In this document: positions 35,437 to 45,750 of the stretch, piece after piece
Layout of the letters: each line of letters begins with the position of its first letter
How positions within the stretch are numbered: position 1 is the first letter of the stretch
Assembly (NCBI GenBank): GCA_965248925.1
Contig: CBDFLE010000006.1
Location: forward strand, 1,408,001-1,472,000
Source of the DNA: Candidatus Multivoradales bacterium
Lineage (GTDB): Bacteria; Acidobacteriota; Thermoanaerobaculia; Multivoradales; J023
Direction of reading: 5' to 3'
DNA length: 64,000 bases
Made by a program: the position numbers and the translations under genes
Notes under the pieces: generated by a model
Database searches by the model: none
What the model saw: only the letters and a program-made list of their open reading frames with translations
What the model was told of the DNA's origin: nothing

Positions 35437-38400
35437 CTACGCCTTGGCGTCTTTCAGACTGAGGACGAACTCGGCCTTCGGCTTCGTGCCGTCTGACCGC
35501 CGGGCAGCCTCCGGACACTCTGGGGCGGCTTGCCTTTTGAAACCACCGCCAGCCCATAAAGCGCTGGTGACGGTACCAAGGTTATAAGCCCGAATCCGGA
35601 GTTCGTGGATCTCCGTCGAATGTCTGAGAAGTCCTGCCAACCGGCTCTCGCTGAACTCTTTGATCAACCTCTCGACAAAGAGTTCGCCGACCCCCACACC
35701 CCATAGACCAGCCCCGACATAGAGCCGATCCGAGTCAACCCACCCAACTTTGGCTTCAATACGGACTTCGACGACGCCAGCGAGGATCCGCTGGGCATCT
35801 GGCCCGAGAGGAAGGGTCAGACCCAGCAGATAACCGTCGTTGGACGACCACTCGCGCCGCCTGGCACGCCACCGCTCGAGGGTGTAGCCGACACCATCAG
35901 GATCGCGGATACGCTGCAATTTCGCTGCTGTTACCTCGAAGCGTAGAGGGAGTTGGAACTCTGCGTGCATAAAGAGTTTGAACGAGCGCGGATAGAGTGG
36001 CGACAACCATGGCCACCAGGCGCGAAACAACTGGCTGGTCGCCCAGCGTCCGAGGCGGTTGAACCAGCCCTTGTAGCGCGGATGGCTGGCCGCCACCGAA
36101 CTGTCGTTCATGCCGCTGCGCACGCAGAGAGTGTGCATCAGGCGCAGCGCGCATTGGATGATCGGCAGCGCCTCGAACAGGACCAGGTCCAGACTAGCGG
36201 GTGGCGAGCAGCGGGGTGGAGTGCAGCCCAACACCTGACGGTAGAGTTCCCTTGGCCCTTTCGCCACCAGCTGAGCTTCCATCGTCTCCCATTCCCGCTC
36301 GAGGTCTGTCAAGGTCGGGGCATCATCGCCGCGAGTCGGCGGCCAGGCCAGCCGCGCCTCGAGAAAGACCCGGATCAAATGCCGCCGGTCGTGGACCTTG
36401 GGTTTGCCCTTCGGCTGCAGGCCGGCCAGCGCCTTGCCGGTAATGTGCTGACCGAGTTGCCGATAAGCCTCCCACTGGGCCTCGTCGTAGAACTGGTCGA
36501 GGGTGGTCTCATGGGGAAAGGCCTCGTTGCGGATGGCGTACTGACTGATGTCGCTAGGCTCTTCGCCGACCAGAGTGGGCTTTAGATAAAGCAAGATTCC
36601 CTGATCTCCCCGCGGGTACTCGATGGTACCGGCGACCATCGGTTGGCGGGCCGACCCAACAGCGGAACGCAGCGGCTCGAGGTCGATATCGATCTCGACC
36701 CCGAAGTCCTCACGCACTCGTCGCACCACATTGCCGAAATCGTCGAAGGCGACGTCTGGATCAGCGCCGCAATCCGACAGCAGGATATAGCGGCAGTGAC
36801 GCCGAATCAGCTCATACAATGCCAAGTTCTCGAAGTGGGCGCCATCGGAGAGGTGGACCCAGCCTGAGCGGGCAGTGCTCCATCCAAACAGCTCGCGCAG
36901 GAACAGCAGGCCCGGAAATTTGCGCTGAATCGAAGTCCAGGCCCGCCCAGCTCCGCTCGGCCCCTCGATCCACAGACCGAGGCGCAGGCCCAGGGCCGCC
37001 AGTAGAAAAGTCGACGGCCGCCCAATCCGCATCGACACACTGCCCATCAGTGAGTTGAAGGCGGCAGCCGAAGCGGTCATGGCGCCAGCCAGAGACGGGG
37101 CTCGCCCACCCTTCTTACCGGTCTCGCTCCAGCGCCGCCAACGGTCTCCGACCTGCAGTCCGTTGCGTGAGATGACGGCGCTCTGAGCACCCCGGTGCAA
37201 GGTCGGCAGCTCATCACTGGCAAGGTCGTTGGCGGTGCAGCAGATCAAGTGCAAAGGGCGCTTCGGCAGCTGGTCGACGCCAAGGTCATCCCCAGGGGCG
37301 ACCTCGGTGGCGAACGGCGGTGCGGTGCGGTTGGAGGCACCCAGATAACTGCGAGTCAGCCGTCCTCGATAGAGAGCGTGAAAACCGGTTTCGTGCGGGT
37401 CGAAAACCACTGCCGCGACCGCCAGCAGCAACGCCGCTACCAGCAGCGGCCACAGCAGATGGCTCCATGCCAGGGACTCGGCCAGCAGTACAAGCAGCGC
37501 AGCGCTGGAGGTTGCACTAGCGAGAATGGTAATCGAGGCGATCAACCGCGGCAGCCAGGGGCGCAACAAAGCCCGCCACCGAGCGCCGCTCGGCTTGTTT
37601 GGCTGGGCCGAAAACAACCGGCGAGCGAAAGCGAAGGTGCCACCGCCACCGAGCGCCGTGGCAACGGCACCGACAATGCCCTCGACACCAACCGCCGCAA
37701 GCCACTGGCCACCCAGCCAGCAACCGCCGACGACCAGCCAGGTCGCCGCACCGAGGAGAGTCAACGACAGCACCCGACCCAGGGCCGCCTGCCGAGCCCG
37801 CGCCGGTTGCGGATCTCTTTCCCCTTGAGCTGCCAGGCGGCTGAGAAAAGTCTGAAAGACCGCCAGAACCAAGGCCGTCACCAACCAAGCCCCGGCTGGT
37901 AGGGCTACCAGGCCACCGGCAGTGAGCGCGGCGTCTGGCGGCAGCGAGCGGAGCAGCATCCAACTCGGCAACGGCACCAGATGCCACAAGAACCACCAAG
38001 CAGTCACCGTCAAGACTACGGCGAACAGGCTCCAGGCCAGGTAGGCGCCGTTGGCCCGGCTCGCCTCTGCTTCCGGCCGCCGCCACCACAACGCTTCACC
38101 GACCAGCACGAGCGTTGCAGAGATCCCCAGCATCCACCCCGCGTTGGCCAGCCCTGGTGGTCCCCAACCGGCACCGCTCAAGTACTGCGACAGCACCGCC
38201 CACGCCGCCAACACGAAAACCAACACCGCCAGCGCGATCACCACCGATGGCACCACCGCACCAAAAGCGCCCGCGACGATGCGGCCGGTCGAGAAGGTAA
38301 ACAGAGACATCCGCGGTCGCAAGAAGTTGGCAAACTCCCGAAGATGACGAATCTCCTCTGCCTCAGGCTCTCCGCTCGGGAACATGGGTGCGGGTTCTTC

Positions 38401-38877
38401 GTCCTCTTTCTTCTCTCCGTCCTCGTTTCTCCTTCCCGGCCCTATCTCTCTTTCTTCCTCTCGTTTTCTCCGCTTCAGCCAAGCGCTCCAGAAGCCGCCT
38501 ACGTAACCGCCACCGGAGACTGTCGACACGTAGTCGACGCCCGACAGGATCTTCAACTTGTCAAGCTCCTGCAGCACACCGAGATTGAAAGTGGCGCTGC
38601 GGATGCCGCCGCCGGAAAGTGCCAAGCCGACCCGCTCCGGCGCCGTAACCTCCTCCCGCCAGCGGGGGAAACGCTGACTGCTTGGACAGGTCAGCTGTGG
38701 CGATTCCTGGTCAGTCCTCTCGATGTCGGCATCTTCGAGTTGCTGCAGGCTCGCCCAGCAGTTGCAACTGTCGAACAAGCTCTCCTCCGTCAAGCCCGAC
38801 GACTCGCTAGCTTCCACCTCTGGCGGCGCCTCCACTTCTACGGTGGTGGCGTTCATTACCTGTTCGTTGTTGCTCAC
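35437..38877 (-). CDS. Polytopic membrane patatin/cPLA2-type lipase with a putative C-terminal GNAT-like domain
   Basis: GLALSGGGIRS oxyanion motif, STVSGG nucleophile Ser, about 8-10 hydrophobic helices, LSDGAHFENL catalytic Asp; C-terminal LYVGAGLWGVGVGELF resembles the GNAT acyl-CoA-binding motif. Confidence 0.8.
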   Translation of the reverse strand: MSNNEQVMNATTVEVEAPPEVEASESSGLTEESLFDSCNCWASLQQLEDADIERTDQESPQLTCPSSQRFPRWREEVTAPERVGLALSGGGIRSATFNLGVLQELDKLKILSGVDYVSTVSGGGYVGGFWSAWLKRRKREEEREIGPGRRNEDGEKKEDEEPAPMFPSGEPEAEEIRHLREFANFLRPRMSLFTFSTGRIVAGAFGAVVPSVVIALAVLVFVLAAWAVLSQYLSGAGWGPPGLANAGWMLGISATLVLVGEALWWRRPEAEASRANGAYLAWSLFAVVLTVTAWWFLWHLVPLPSWMLLRSLPPDAALTAGGLVALPAGAWLVTALVLAVFQTFLSRLAAQGERDPQPARARQAALGRVLSLTLLGAATWLVVGGCWLGGQWLAAVGVEGIVGAVATALGGGGTFAFARRLFSAQPNKPSGARWRALLRPWLPRLIASITILASATSSAALLVLLAESLAWSHLLWPLLVAALLLAVAAVVFDPHETGFHALYRGRLTRSYLGASNRTAPPFATEVAPGDDLGVDQLPKRPLHLICCTANDLASDELPTLHRGAQSAVISRNGLQVGDRWRRWSETGKKGGRAPSLAGAMTASAAAFNSLMGSVSMRIGRPSTFLLAALGLRLGLWIEGPSGAGRAWTSIQRKFPGLLFLRELFGWSTARSGWVHLSDGAHFENLALYELIRRHCRYILLSDCGADPDVAFDDFGNVVRRVREDFGVEIDIDLEPLRSAVGSARQPMVAGTIEYPRGDQGILLYLKPTLVGEEPSDISQYAIRNEAFPHETTLDQFYDEAQWEAYRQLGQHITGKALAGLQPKGKPKVHDRRHLIRVFLEARLAWPPTRGDDAPTLTDLEREWETMEAQLVAKGPRELYRQVLGCTPPRCSPPASLDLVLFEALPIIQCALRLMHTLCVRSGMNDSSVAASHPRYKGWFNRLGRWATSQLFRAWWPWLSPLYPRSFKLFMHAEFQLPLRFEVTAAKLQRIRDPDGVGYTLERWRARRREWSSNDGYLLGLTLPLGPDAQRILAGVVEVRIEAKVGWVDSDRLYVGAGLWGVGVGELFVERLIKEFSESRLAGLLRHSTEIHELRIRAYNLGTVTSALWAGGGFKRQAAPECPEAARRSDGTKPKAEFVLSLKDAKA

Positions 38878-40106
38878 CCGGCACTCCAGAATCCGCCTGG
38901 CGGCGCCGAGCAGTAGTAGACCGCAGCGCCGAAAGCTTGGCCAACCACTAACCCACTGGCTCCTTCGAGTTCGACGACTACAGAGGCGCCGCTGACCAGA
39001 CCGCCGGGATCGAACGACATGGCGTCGATCTCACCCTGCGGACCGATCTCGAGCCGCCATAAGATGCTCGGCGAAGCAGCCCACGGGGAGATCGCGTGCT
39101 GGGCGAGGCGGCGGAGGTTGGCGCTGCCGGCAGCCAGCAGCACGCTGGCTGTCGGATCAGCCCAGGTCAGATTGTCAAGCCCCGGCAACTCCTTGCCCAA
39201 TGGTCGGCCCTCGAGCAGTCCCTGGCGGTCCCGAACAGCGTCGAGGTCGACCTCGTAGAGCCGGCCCTCGAAGGTGGCAGTGACGTAGAGCTTGCCGAAC
39301 TTGCCCAAGAGACCTGGGCGATGGGCGATACCATTGAGAAAACGCCCGTGTTCGAAGATGACACTGAATGTGCCGTGGCAGATCAGCTCCTCAGATCGAC
39401 AGCGGATCTGCACTATCTTGGAGTTCGAATTCGGCCCATCGCGCTCAAGCCACAGCGCCAGAGCACCGTGCGGCGGCGAGGTGACGTAAACATCGCCGTT
39501 GGCAAGTGCTACCAGGTCATTGCCGTGGGTCAGGACTCGTGGCTCAGCAAACCGCTGGACGAAGCGCAGCCGGTGGCGCTCGACGACAAAGACCTCGACG
39601 CTAGTGAAAGGACGGCGGTAGAAGGCAACTTCGCTGGCCGCGGCCAGACAGTTGGCAGCCGGCGTGGCGTCCTCAGCCCGGTGGTGGTTGACGATGTAGA
39701 GCAGCGGTACCGGCTTGCTGCCTGGCGCGATGAGGCGATCAACCCGCGACAGCCCGTGGGGACGGAACGAGCAAGCGTCACGGCCGGCCAAGGTCAGTCG
39801 TTCGGCCCGCGCCGCGACACCCGGCGACGGTAAGGTAAGCGCGTAGACTGCGCCATCAGCACCGCCACCGCGACGGCGATCATGCGACGAGACCAACAAC
39901 CGATCACCATCCAAGACCAGATCCTCAGGCCCCGGAACGGCGGCGACCGGAATACAGCTCGCATCACCGGCCGGCGACAGCTCGCTCGGCGGACCCGGCG
40001 CTCGGCAGGTGACGAGAAGGGTCGACAACAACAGCACCGGCAATCGAGCGCCAGCTCTGCAATCGGTTCGACGGCGGGACGACGGTTTGGTCTCGTTGGC
40101 TCGCAC
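38874..40106 (-). CDS. Paraoxonase/arylesterase-like six-bladed beta-propeller, probable lipoprotein
   Basis: GPEDL, FRPHGL, IVNH, GNDL, LNGI, LDNL in the same order as the PON Ca2+-ligand and His-dyad motifs; GAGGAG ribosome-binding site; stop overlaps the next start (GTGA). Confidence 0.75.
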   Translation of the reverse strand: MRANETKPSSRRRTDCRAGARLPVLLLSTLLVTCRAPGPPSELSPAGDASCIPVAAVPGPEDLVLDGDRLLVSSHDRRRGGGADGAVYALTLPSPGVAARAERLTLAGRDACSFRPHGLSRVDRLIAPGSKPVPLLYIVNHHRAEDATPAANCLAAASEVAFYRRPFTSVEVFVVERHRLRFVQRFAEPRVLTHGNDLVALANGDVYVTSPPHGALALWLERDGPNSNSKIVQIRCRSEELICHGTFSVIFEHGRFLNGIAHRPGLLGKFGKLYVTATFEGRLYEVDLDAVRDRQGLLEGRPLGKELPGLDNLTWADPTASVLLAAGSANLRRLAQHAISPWAASPSILWRLEIGPQGEIDAMSFDPGGLVSGASVVVELEGASGLVVGQAFGAAVYYCSAPPGGFWSAG

Positions 40107-40353
40107 CTGTCTCCTCAGATCTACTCAAAAGGTCTCAGTCGAATACATTGCGGCTTATTTCCGCAAGCTACTGCCTCACTATCCTGCGCAGAATTTCCCA
40201 TAGCAGCCCCCAGAACGGACCGCTGTACTGAGGCGAGAATACCCACTTGAGCGAGGCGCTCTGCCCACAAGCCTAACCCAGCCGGCTGGCCGGATGCTGA
40301 ATCTCTCACCAATGAGGTGAGTCAGCTTTCATCATGGAACGCTGATCGGCCGC

Positions 40354-41043
40354 TCAGCACAGCAGCTTCGCGGCGGCGGCCAACGCCGCTGTCTCGACGC
40401 GCAAGATGCGCTCACCGAGACCCAGCGCGGCGCAATTCAACTCTTGCCAGCAGCCGCGTTCCGACTCGCTCCATCCGCCTTCCGGGCCGATCGCCACCGC
40501 TACCGAACCCTCCGTTGACCGAGGACTCGCAGCCACCGCGCCAACGTCGAGCAGCCAGCGTTCCTCTGCCGGGGCCAGCAGATCCGCCACCTCGGCCCAG
40601 GCATGCACGCCGCTAATCTGCGGCAACCGAGAGCGGTGACATTGCTCCAAGGCCGCGGCCGCCACCCGCCGGAACCGCTCCAGTTGGCCGTTGCCGTAGC
40701 GCCGCGGAGCGCGCTCGCTGGCGATGAACCGTATCGCCACGACACCGAGTTCGGTGGCCTTCTCGACCAACCATGAAGCGCGTTCGGGACGAGGCGGCGC
40801 CACCAGCAAGGTCAGCTCCAACGCCGCTTCGCGACTCGCTGCCGAGTCTGCCAAAAGCACTTGGGCGCAATGCCGATCGACTTTTTCGACCGTCGCCCAG
40901 CGCGCTTTGCCCCGACCGTCAACGATCCGTAAACGGCTTCCTACGGCCAAGCGACGGGCGCGAAACAAATGGCGGTAGGCATCCCCTTGGATCTCGATCT
41001 GCTCGCCTGCAAAAGCCTGCTGAGCCACCAGATGGGTGATCAC
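40354..41043 (-). CDS. rsmE: 16S rRNA m3U1498 methyltransferase
   Basis: EKATELGV, ALEQCHR, IGPEGGW, LGERILRVETAA. Confidence 0.93.
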   Translation of the reverse strand: MITHLVAQQAFAGEQIEIQGDAYRHLFRARRLAVGSRLRIVDGRGKARWATVEKVDRHCAQVLLADSAASREAALELTLLVAPPRPERASWLVEKATELGVVAIRFIASERAPRRYGNGQLERFRRVAAAALEQCHRSRLPQISGVHAWAEVADLLAPAEERWLLDVGAVAASPRSTEGSVAVAIGPEGGWSESERGCWQELNCAALGLGERILRVETAALAAAAKLLC

Positions 41044-41909
41044 GACTGAACTCCCGCGCTGCGCACCAGAGTCCACGCGACCCACTCCTCAGCGTAACGC
41101 TCGGCAGAGGGCGCCAGGCCAAGGCCGGCGAATTGGGCAAGTAGCTCGCTGCGCCTGGTGGCTAGATTGCCGGAGCTGATCAGCCGGCCTCCGGGCCGCA
41201 GGGCGCGGACAAGTCGCGGCAGGTCGTCGACAATACGCTCGGGCAAGACATTGACCAGCAGCAGGTCGAAGCTCTCCACCACCGCCAGGCAGGCGGCTGT
41301 CCCTGCCACCAAGCGAGGAGCCAGAGCATTGAGTTGGGAGTTGCCACGAGCGGTGATCACCGAGGGCAGATCGAAATCGTAGGCGACCACCGAGCGCGCA
41401 CCGCAGCGCAAGGCTGCGAAGGCCAAAATGCCTGAGCCGCAGCCGACATCGAGCACCTGCTGGCGCCGAAGATCGAGTTCCTCAAGCAGTTCCAAGGCCA
41501 AACGGGTGGACTCGTGGCTGCCGGTGCCGAAGGCGTTCATCGCCGGAATCCGCAGCAACACACGCTCGCCAGCCGTGATCGTCGGATCGTCGTCGGGATC
41601 GCGGGGATCGAGCAACCAGCAGCGACCCACTTCAAAGGGCACCGCCTGGGCTCGGTAATCAGCCAGCCAATCACGATCTTCGAGCGCTCGATCGGCCACT
41701 TGCCGCACTCCACGAGCCGCCCAAGGGTCGAGGTTGATCTGGGACGAAGGCGCTGTGCTGGCAGGTGGGAAATAGGCTTCGACGCGGATCTCCTCGCCCG
41801 CCGAGCAGATCTCGAGGCCGGCTACACCTGCTGCCCACAACTCGACGGTGAAGTCCTCTTCGAGCGCCAGGGGCAGCAAGAAACTCTGCTGACGGTAGGG
41901 AGCGGACAC
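41040..41909 (-). CDS. prmA: Ribosomal protein L11 methyltransferase (start approximate)
   Basis: AFGTGSHESTRL, VLDVGCGSGILA; follows dnaJ. Confidence 0.9.
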   Translation of the reverse strand: MSAPYRQQSFLLPLALEEDFTVELWAAGVAGLEICSAGEEIRVEAYFPPASTAPSSQINLDPWAARGVRQVADRALEDRDWLADYRAQAVPFEVGRCWLLDPRDPDDDPTITAGERVLLRIPAMNAFGTGSHESTRLALELLEELDLRRQQVLDVGCGSGILAFAALRCGARSVVAYDFDLPSVITARGNSQLNALAPRLVAGTAACLAVVESFDLLLVNVLPERIVDDLPRLVRALRPGGRLISSGNLATRRSELLAQFAGLGLAPSAERYAEEWVAWTLVRSAGVQS

Positions 41910-41925
41910 GACAGCTGGGGCGGAC

Positions 41926-43026
41926 TCAGCCGAACAGATCTTTGACCTTGCCGAGCACTCCGCGGTCACCGTCGACCACTTTGCCTTCGAACTCGGCCAA
42001 CCGTTCGAGGGTTTCGAGGTGCTCGGCATCGAGGTCTCGCTTGTGCGGCACGGTCAGCTTGACGTGCGCCACGTGGTCACCGTGGCCGCGACCGTCCAAA
42101 CGGGCGACGCCCTTGCCGCGCAAGCGGAATTCGTGTTCGGGCTCGGTTCCGGCCGCGACCCGCAGGTGCTCCGCTCCATGCACGGTCTCGATTTCGATCT
42201 GAGCTCCCAAGACCAGCTGCGAGTAGGCCAGCGACACAGCTTCGTGCACATCAGCGCCGTCGCGCACCAGACGTTCGTGGGCTTCGACGTTGATCACCAC
42301 ATGCAGGTCACCAGGCTGGCCGCCGCCGCGACCATGCTCACCTTTGCCCCGCAGCCGCAGGCGCATGCCATCGTCAACCCCTGCCGGGATCGACACCTCG
42401 ACGGTGCGCTGCCGCTCACGCCGTCCTTCGCCGCCACATACCTTGCAGGGATCGGAGACCATGCGACCCGCTCCTTGGCATTGCGGACACGGCCGGCCGA
42501 CGCTGAAGAAACCCTGGGTGTAACGCACCTGGCCGGCCCCGCGACAGGTCTTGCAGGTTTCCGGCTGACGGCTGCGGCTGCCGGTGCCGGCGCAATCGTC
42601 ACAAGACTCCAGACGAGGAAAACGGATCTCCATATCGCGACCAAACACCGCTTCCTCGAAACTCAGATCGAGGTCATAGCGCAGATCCGCGCCAGGGGTT
42701 CCGCTCCGTCCCCGCCGCGAGCCCCCAAACCCGAACAGATCGCCGAGGATGTCGGAGAAATCACCAAACACCGACGGATCAAAACCGCCGAAACCGCCTG
42801 CCGCGGCTCCCTGGTGACCAAAGCGATCGTACTGCGCCCGTTTGGCGTCGTCCGAGAGCACCGAGTAGGCCTCGGCGGCTTCCTTGAAATTGGCTTCGGC
42901 GGCGGGATCGTCCGGATTGCGGTCGGGGTGGTACTTGACCGCCAGCTTACGATAAGCAGACTTGGTCTCCTGCGCCGAGGCGCCCCGCTCGATTCCCAAC
43001 ACTTCGTAATAATCGCGTTTCGACAT
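41926..43026 (-). CDS. dnaJ: Chaperone DnaJ
   Basis: J domain with HPD, G/F-rich region, four CxxCxGxG repeats. Confidence 0.97.
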   Translation of the reverse strand: MSKRDYYEVLGIERGASAQETKSAYRKLAVKYHPDRNPDDPAAEANFKEAAEAYSVLSDDAKRAQYDRFGHQGAAAGGFGGFDPSVFGDFSDILGDLFGFGGSRRGRSGTPGADLRYDLDLSFEEAVFGRDMEIRFPRLESCDDCAGTGSRSRQPETCKTCRGAGQVRYTQGFFSVGRPCPQCQGAGRMVSDPCKVCGGEGRRERQRTVEVSIPAGVDDGMRLRLRGKGEHGRGGGQPGDLHVVINVEAHERLVRDGADVHEAVSLAYSQLVLGAQIEIETVHGAEHLRVAAGTEPEHEFRLRGKGVARLDGRGHGDHVAHVKLTVPHKRDLDAEHLETLERLAEFEGKVVDGDRGVLGKVKDLFG

Positions 43027-43120
43027 AGAGGTTCTCTAGCTTCTCGGTCTGATGAGTCCTCAAAGACAAGCTCCGGTGAAGGCGGAAAATTCCCCCTCAC
43101 GCGGCGGCCGGACAATAATC

Positions 43121-44938
43121 TCAGCCCGAGCTTGAACTCTCCAGCATCAGTTGCGAGAGCTTCTGCGAGATGGTGTTGAGATCGAAGATTGCTGCTTCGA
43201 GGTCAGCCCGCTCATCCTCACTAAGCGCCATGCGAGCGCGCAAGAACGACTGGTGGATCTTCTTGTTCTCGGTTTCCGTGACTTGATCCTGAAATTGGTC
43301 GAAGACCCTCTCGTTGGAGTAGATCAGCCCTTCTAGGCGGTTCTTGAGCCGCCTAGTCTCGCGTCGCTGAGCGTCTTCCTGAGCATATTGCTGGGCTTCC
43401 TGCACCAGGCGATCAACCTCCTCGCTGGAAAGACCGCTCGAAGTATTGACCTCAATCCCCTGCTGCTGATTGGTCGCCATGTCGCGCGCCGAAACCGAGA
43501 CGATGCCATTGGAATCGATGGCGAAAGTGACCTCGATCTGCGGCACCCCACGCGGCGCGGGCGGAACGCCGACCAGTTCGAAGCGCCCCAGAGAACGATT
43601 CTCCGCGGCAATCTCGCGCTCCCCCTGCAAGACGTGAATCTCGACCTTGTCCTGGTTGTCGACCACGGTGGTGAAAATCTGGGTCTCTTTGGTGGGGATT
43701 GTTGAGTTGCGGTTGATCAATTTGGTGAACAACCCTCCATGAGTCTCGACCCCCAGCGACAGGGGAGTGACATCGAGCAGCACCACATTCTTGATCTCGC
43801 CACGGATAATGCCGCCCTGGATGGCGGCGCCCATCGACACCACCTCGTCGGGATTGATCTCGCGGTTGGCCGGCCGGCCGAAAATTCTCTCCACCGCTCG
43901 GATGACGATCGGCGACCGGGTCTGACCGCCGACCAGCAAGACCTCGTCGATCTCGCCGGGATCGATACCGGCGGAGTTCAGCGCTTCCAAACATGGACCT
44001 TCGGTGCGATCGACCAGCGGCTGCACCAAGCGCTCAAAATGTTCGCGGGTGAGAGAGCGAGAGAGATGCCGCGGTCCGCTGTCGTCGGCCGAGATAAACG
44101 GCAGATTGATCGCTGCTTCCTCAGCCGTGGAGAGTTCACACTTGGCTCGCTCGGAGGCTTCCTTGAGACGCTGCAGCGCCATCCGATCGCCGCGCAAGTC
44201 GTTCTGGGTCTCCTCGCGGAACTCCTCGATCAACCAATCCATGATCTGCTGATCAAAGTCCTCGCCCCCCAGATAGCTATCGCCGGAGGTGCCGCGAACT
44301 TCGAAGATGCCCCGCGACAGCTCGAGGATCGAAATATCGAAGGTGCCGCCGCCAAGATCGTAGACTGCCACCACATGCTCGTCTTTGTCCTTGTCGAAGC
44401 CGTAGGCAAGAGCTGCCGCGGTCGGCTCGTTGATGATCCGCCTGACTTCCAAGCCAGCGATCTTGCCGGCGTCCTTGGTCGCCTGGCGCTGCGAATCGTC
44501 GAAGTATGCCGGGACGGTGATGATCGCCTCGGTCACTTCCTCGCCCAGAGCTTCTTCGGCAAAACTCTTGATCTCCTTGAGGATGAAGGCGGAGATCTCT
44601 TGCGGACTGTGCTCACGCTGGCGGATCTGAATGCGCACATCGCCGTTGGGAGCCTCGGTGAGGCTGTAGGGCAGCACCTCGCGAGCCCGCTGCACTTCGG
44701 AATCGTGGAACTTGCGACCGATCAGCCGCTTGACGGCGAAAACCGTATTCTCAGGGTTGGTCACCGCCTGACGCTTGGCGATCTGACCCACCAGGCGTTC
44801 ACCATCCTCGGCGAAGGCGACAATCGACGGCGACGTTCTGCTGCCTTCGCGATTGGCCAACACCTTGGGCACCAATGCTTCCACCACCGAAGCACAGCTG
44901 TTGGTGGTCCCCAAGTCGATGCCGATGACTTTACCCAA
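43121..44938 (-). CDS. dnaK: Chaperone DnaK (Hsp70) with a short C-terminal tail
   Basis: [38 protein letters not shown]. Confidence 0.96.
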   Translation of the reverse strand: MGKVIGIDLGTTNSCASVVEALVPKVLANREGSRTSPSIVAFAEDGERLVGQIAKRQAVTNPENTVFAVKRLIGRKFHDSEVQRAREVLPYSLTEAPNGDVRIQIRQREHSPQEISAFILKEIKSFAEEALGEEVTEAIITVPAYFDDSQRQATKDAGKIAGLEVRRIINEPTAAALAYGFDKDKDEHVVAVYDLGGGTFDISILELSRGIFEVRGTSGDSYLGGEDFDQQIMDWLIEEFREETQNDLRGDRMALQRLKEASERAKCELSTAEEAAINLPFISADDSGPRHLSRSLTREHFERLVQPLVDRTEGPCLEALNSAGIDPGEIDEVLLVGGQTRSPIVIRAVERIFGRPANREINPDEVVSMGAAIQGGIIRGEIKNVVLLDVTPLSLGVETHGGLFTKLINRNSTIPTKETQIFTTVVDNQDKVEIHVLQGEREIAAENRSLGRFELVGVPPAPRGVPQIEVTFAIDSNGIVSVSARDMATNQQQGIEVNTSSGLSSEEVDRLVQEAQQYAQEDAQRRETRRLKNRLEGLIYSNERVFDQFQDQVTETENKKIHQSFLRARMALSEDERADLEAAIFDLNTISQKLSQLMLESSSSG

Positions 44939-45015
44939 TTCTCCAGCCTCCGAGCGCGGTGCCCATCAGGTCTGCGGCAGATTTCGCCGCCACCCAATCG
45001 GGCCCTTGACCGGTC

Positions 45016-45747
45016 TCACTTCTCAGACTCATTTCCCTCGTCGGAGCCCTGGGGACGTGGCTTCGTCGAGCCCTTGGTCGGCATGCCCACCGCCACCATG
45101 GCGGGGCGCAGCAAGCGATCGTGCAGCACGTAGCCACGTTGCATTTCCTCGATCACTGTCGGCTTATCAAGATCATCCCGCTCCTGTCGGCTGACCGCTT
45201 CGTGGACAGTCGGGTCGAAGAGCTTGCCCACCGACTCGACGGTCTCTACCCCGTGACGACGGAGAGTCTCGGCGAGCTGCCGCACGGTCATCTCTACCCC
45301 GAGCTTCAGATCCTCGGCGCTGCCACCAGCGGCCAAAGCCCGTTCGAGGTTGTCGGCGACAGCCACGAAATCCTTCAGCGGCTCGAACAGAGCGTACCGC
45401 TTCAAGCTGGCTTTTTCACGCTCCGATCGTTTGCGAAAGTTGTCGAAGTCGGCCATCGTCCGCAGCGACAGGTCGCGCAACTCGGTAAGCTCACCCTCCA
45501 ATTCGGCGGAGCGAGCTGCTGCTGATTCGTCCTCAGCAGCCAGCAGCGGTGGCTCGCTGCCCTCAATAAGTACCGCACCATCTTGGTCCCGATCCACCGA
45601 CGCCAAGGCCTCTTCGAAGACCTCGTCGATCGACGATTCGCCACCCTGCTCTAGATCGAGCTCATAAGGCTGGTCGGTTTCGCCACCAGCCGCGGCGCTC
45701 TTCTCATCCATCTTGCCAAGCTCCTGCGAATCCACACCGGCGCTCAT
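45016..45747 (-). CDS. grpE: Nucleotide exchange factor GrpE
   Basis: ADFDNFRKR, DNLERAL, FDPTVHEA, GYVLHDRLLRPAMV. Confidence 0.95.
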   Translation of the reverse strand: MSAGVDSQELGKMDEKSAAAGGETDQPYELDLEQGGESSIDEVFEEALASVDRDQDGAVLIEGSEPPLLAAEDESAAARSAELEGELTELRDLSLRTMADFDNFRKRSEREKASLKRYALFEPLKDFVAVADNLERALAAGGSAEDLKLGVEMTVRQLAETLRRHGVETVESVGKLFDPTVHEAVSRQERDDLDKPTVIEEMQRGYVLHDRLLRPAMVAVGMPTKGSTKPRPQGSDEGNESEK

Positions 45748-45750
45748 CGT

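Noticed and set aside
35345-40330. Possible direct repeats bounding the patatin/PON pair (GCAGAATCTCAC versus GCTGAATCTCTCAC)
   Set aside because: Too short and imperfect to distinguish from chance; the right-hand copy is part of a hairpin after rsmE
43739-45133. 464-aa plus-strand ORF antisense to dnaK/grpE, and a similar one opposite dnaJ (42019-43179)
   Set aside because: Long antisense frames opposite dnaK and other conserved GC-rich genes are a known codon-bias by-product; no independent motifs
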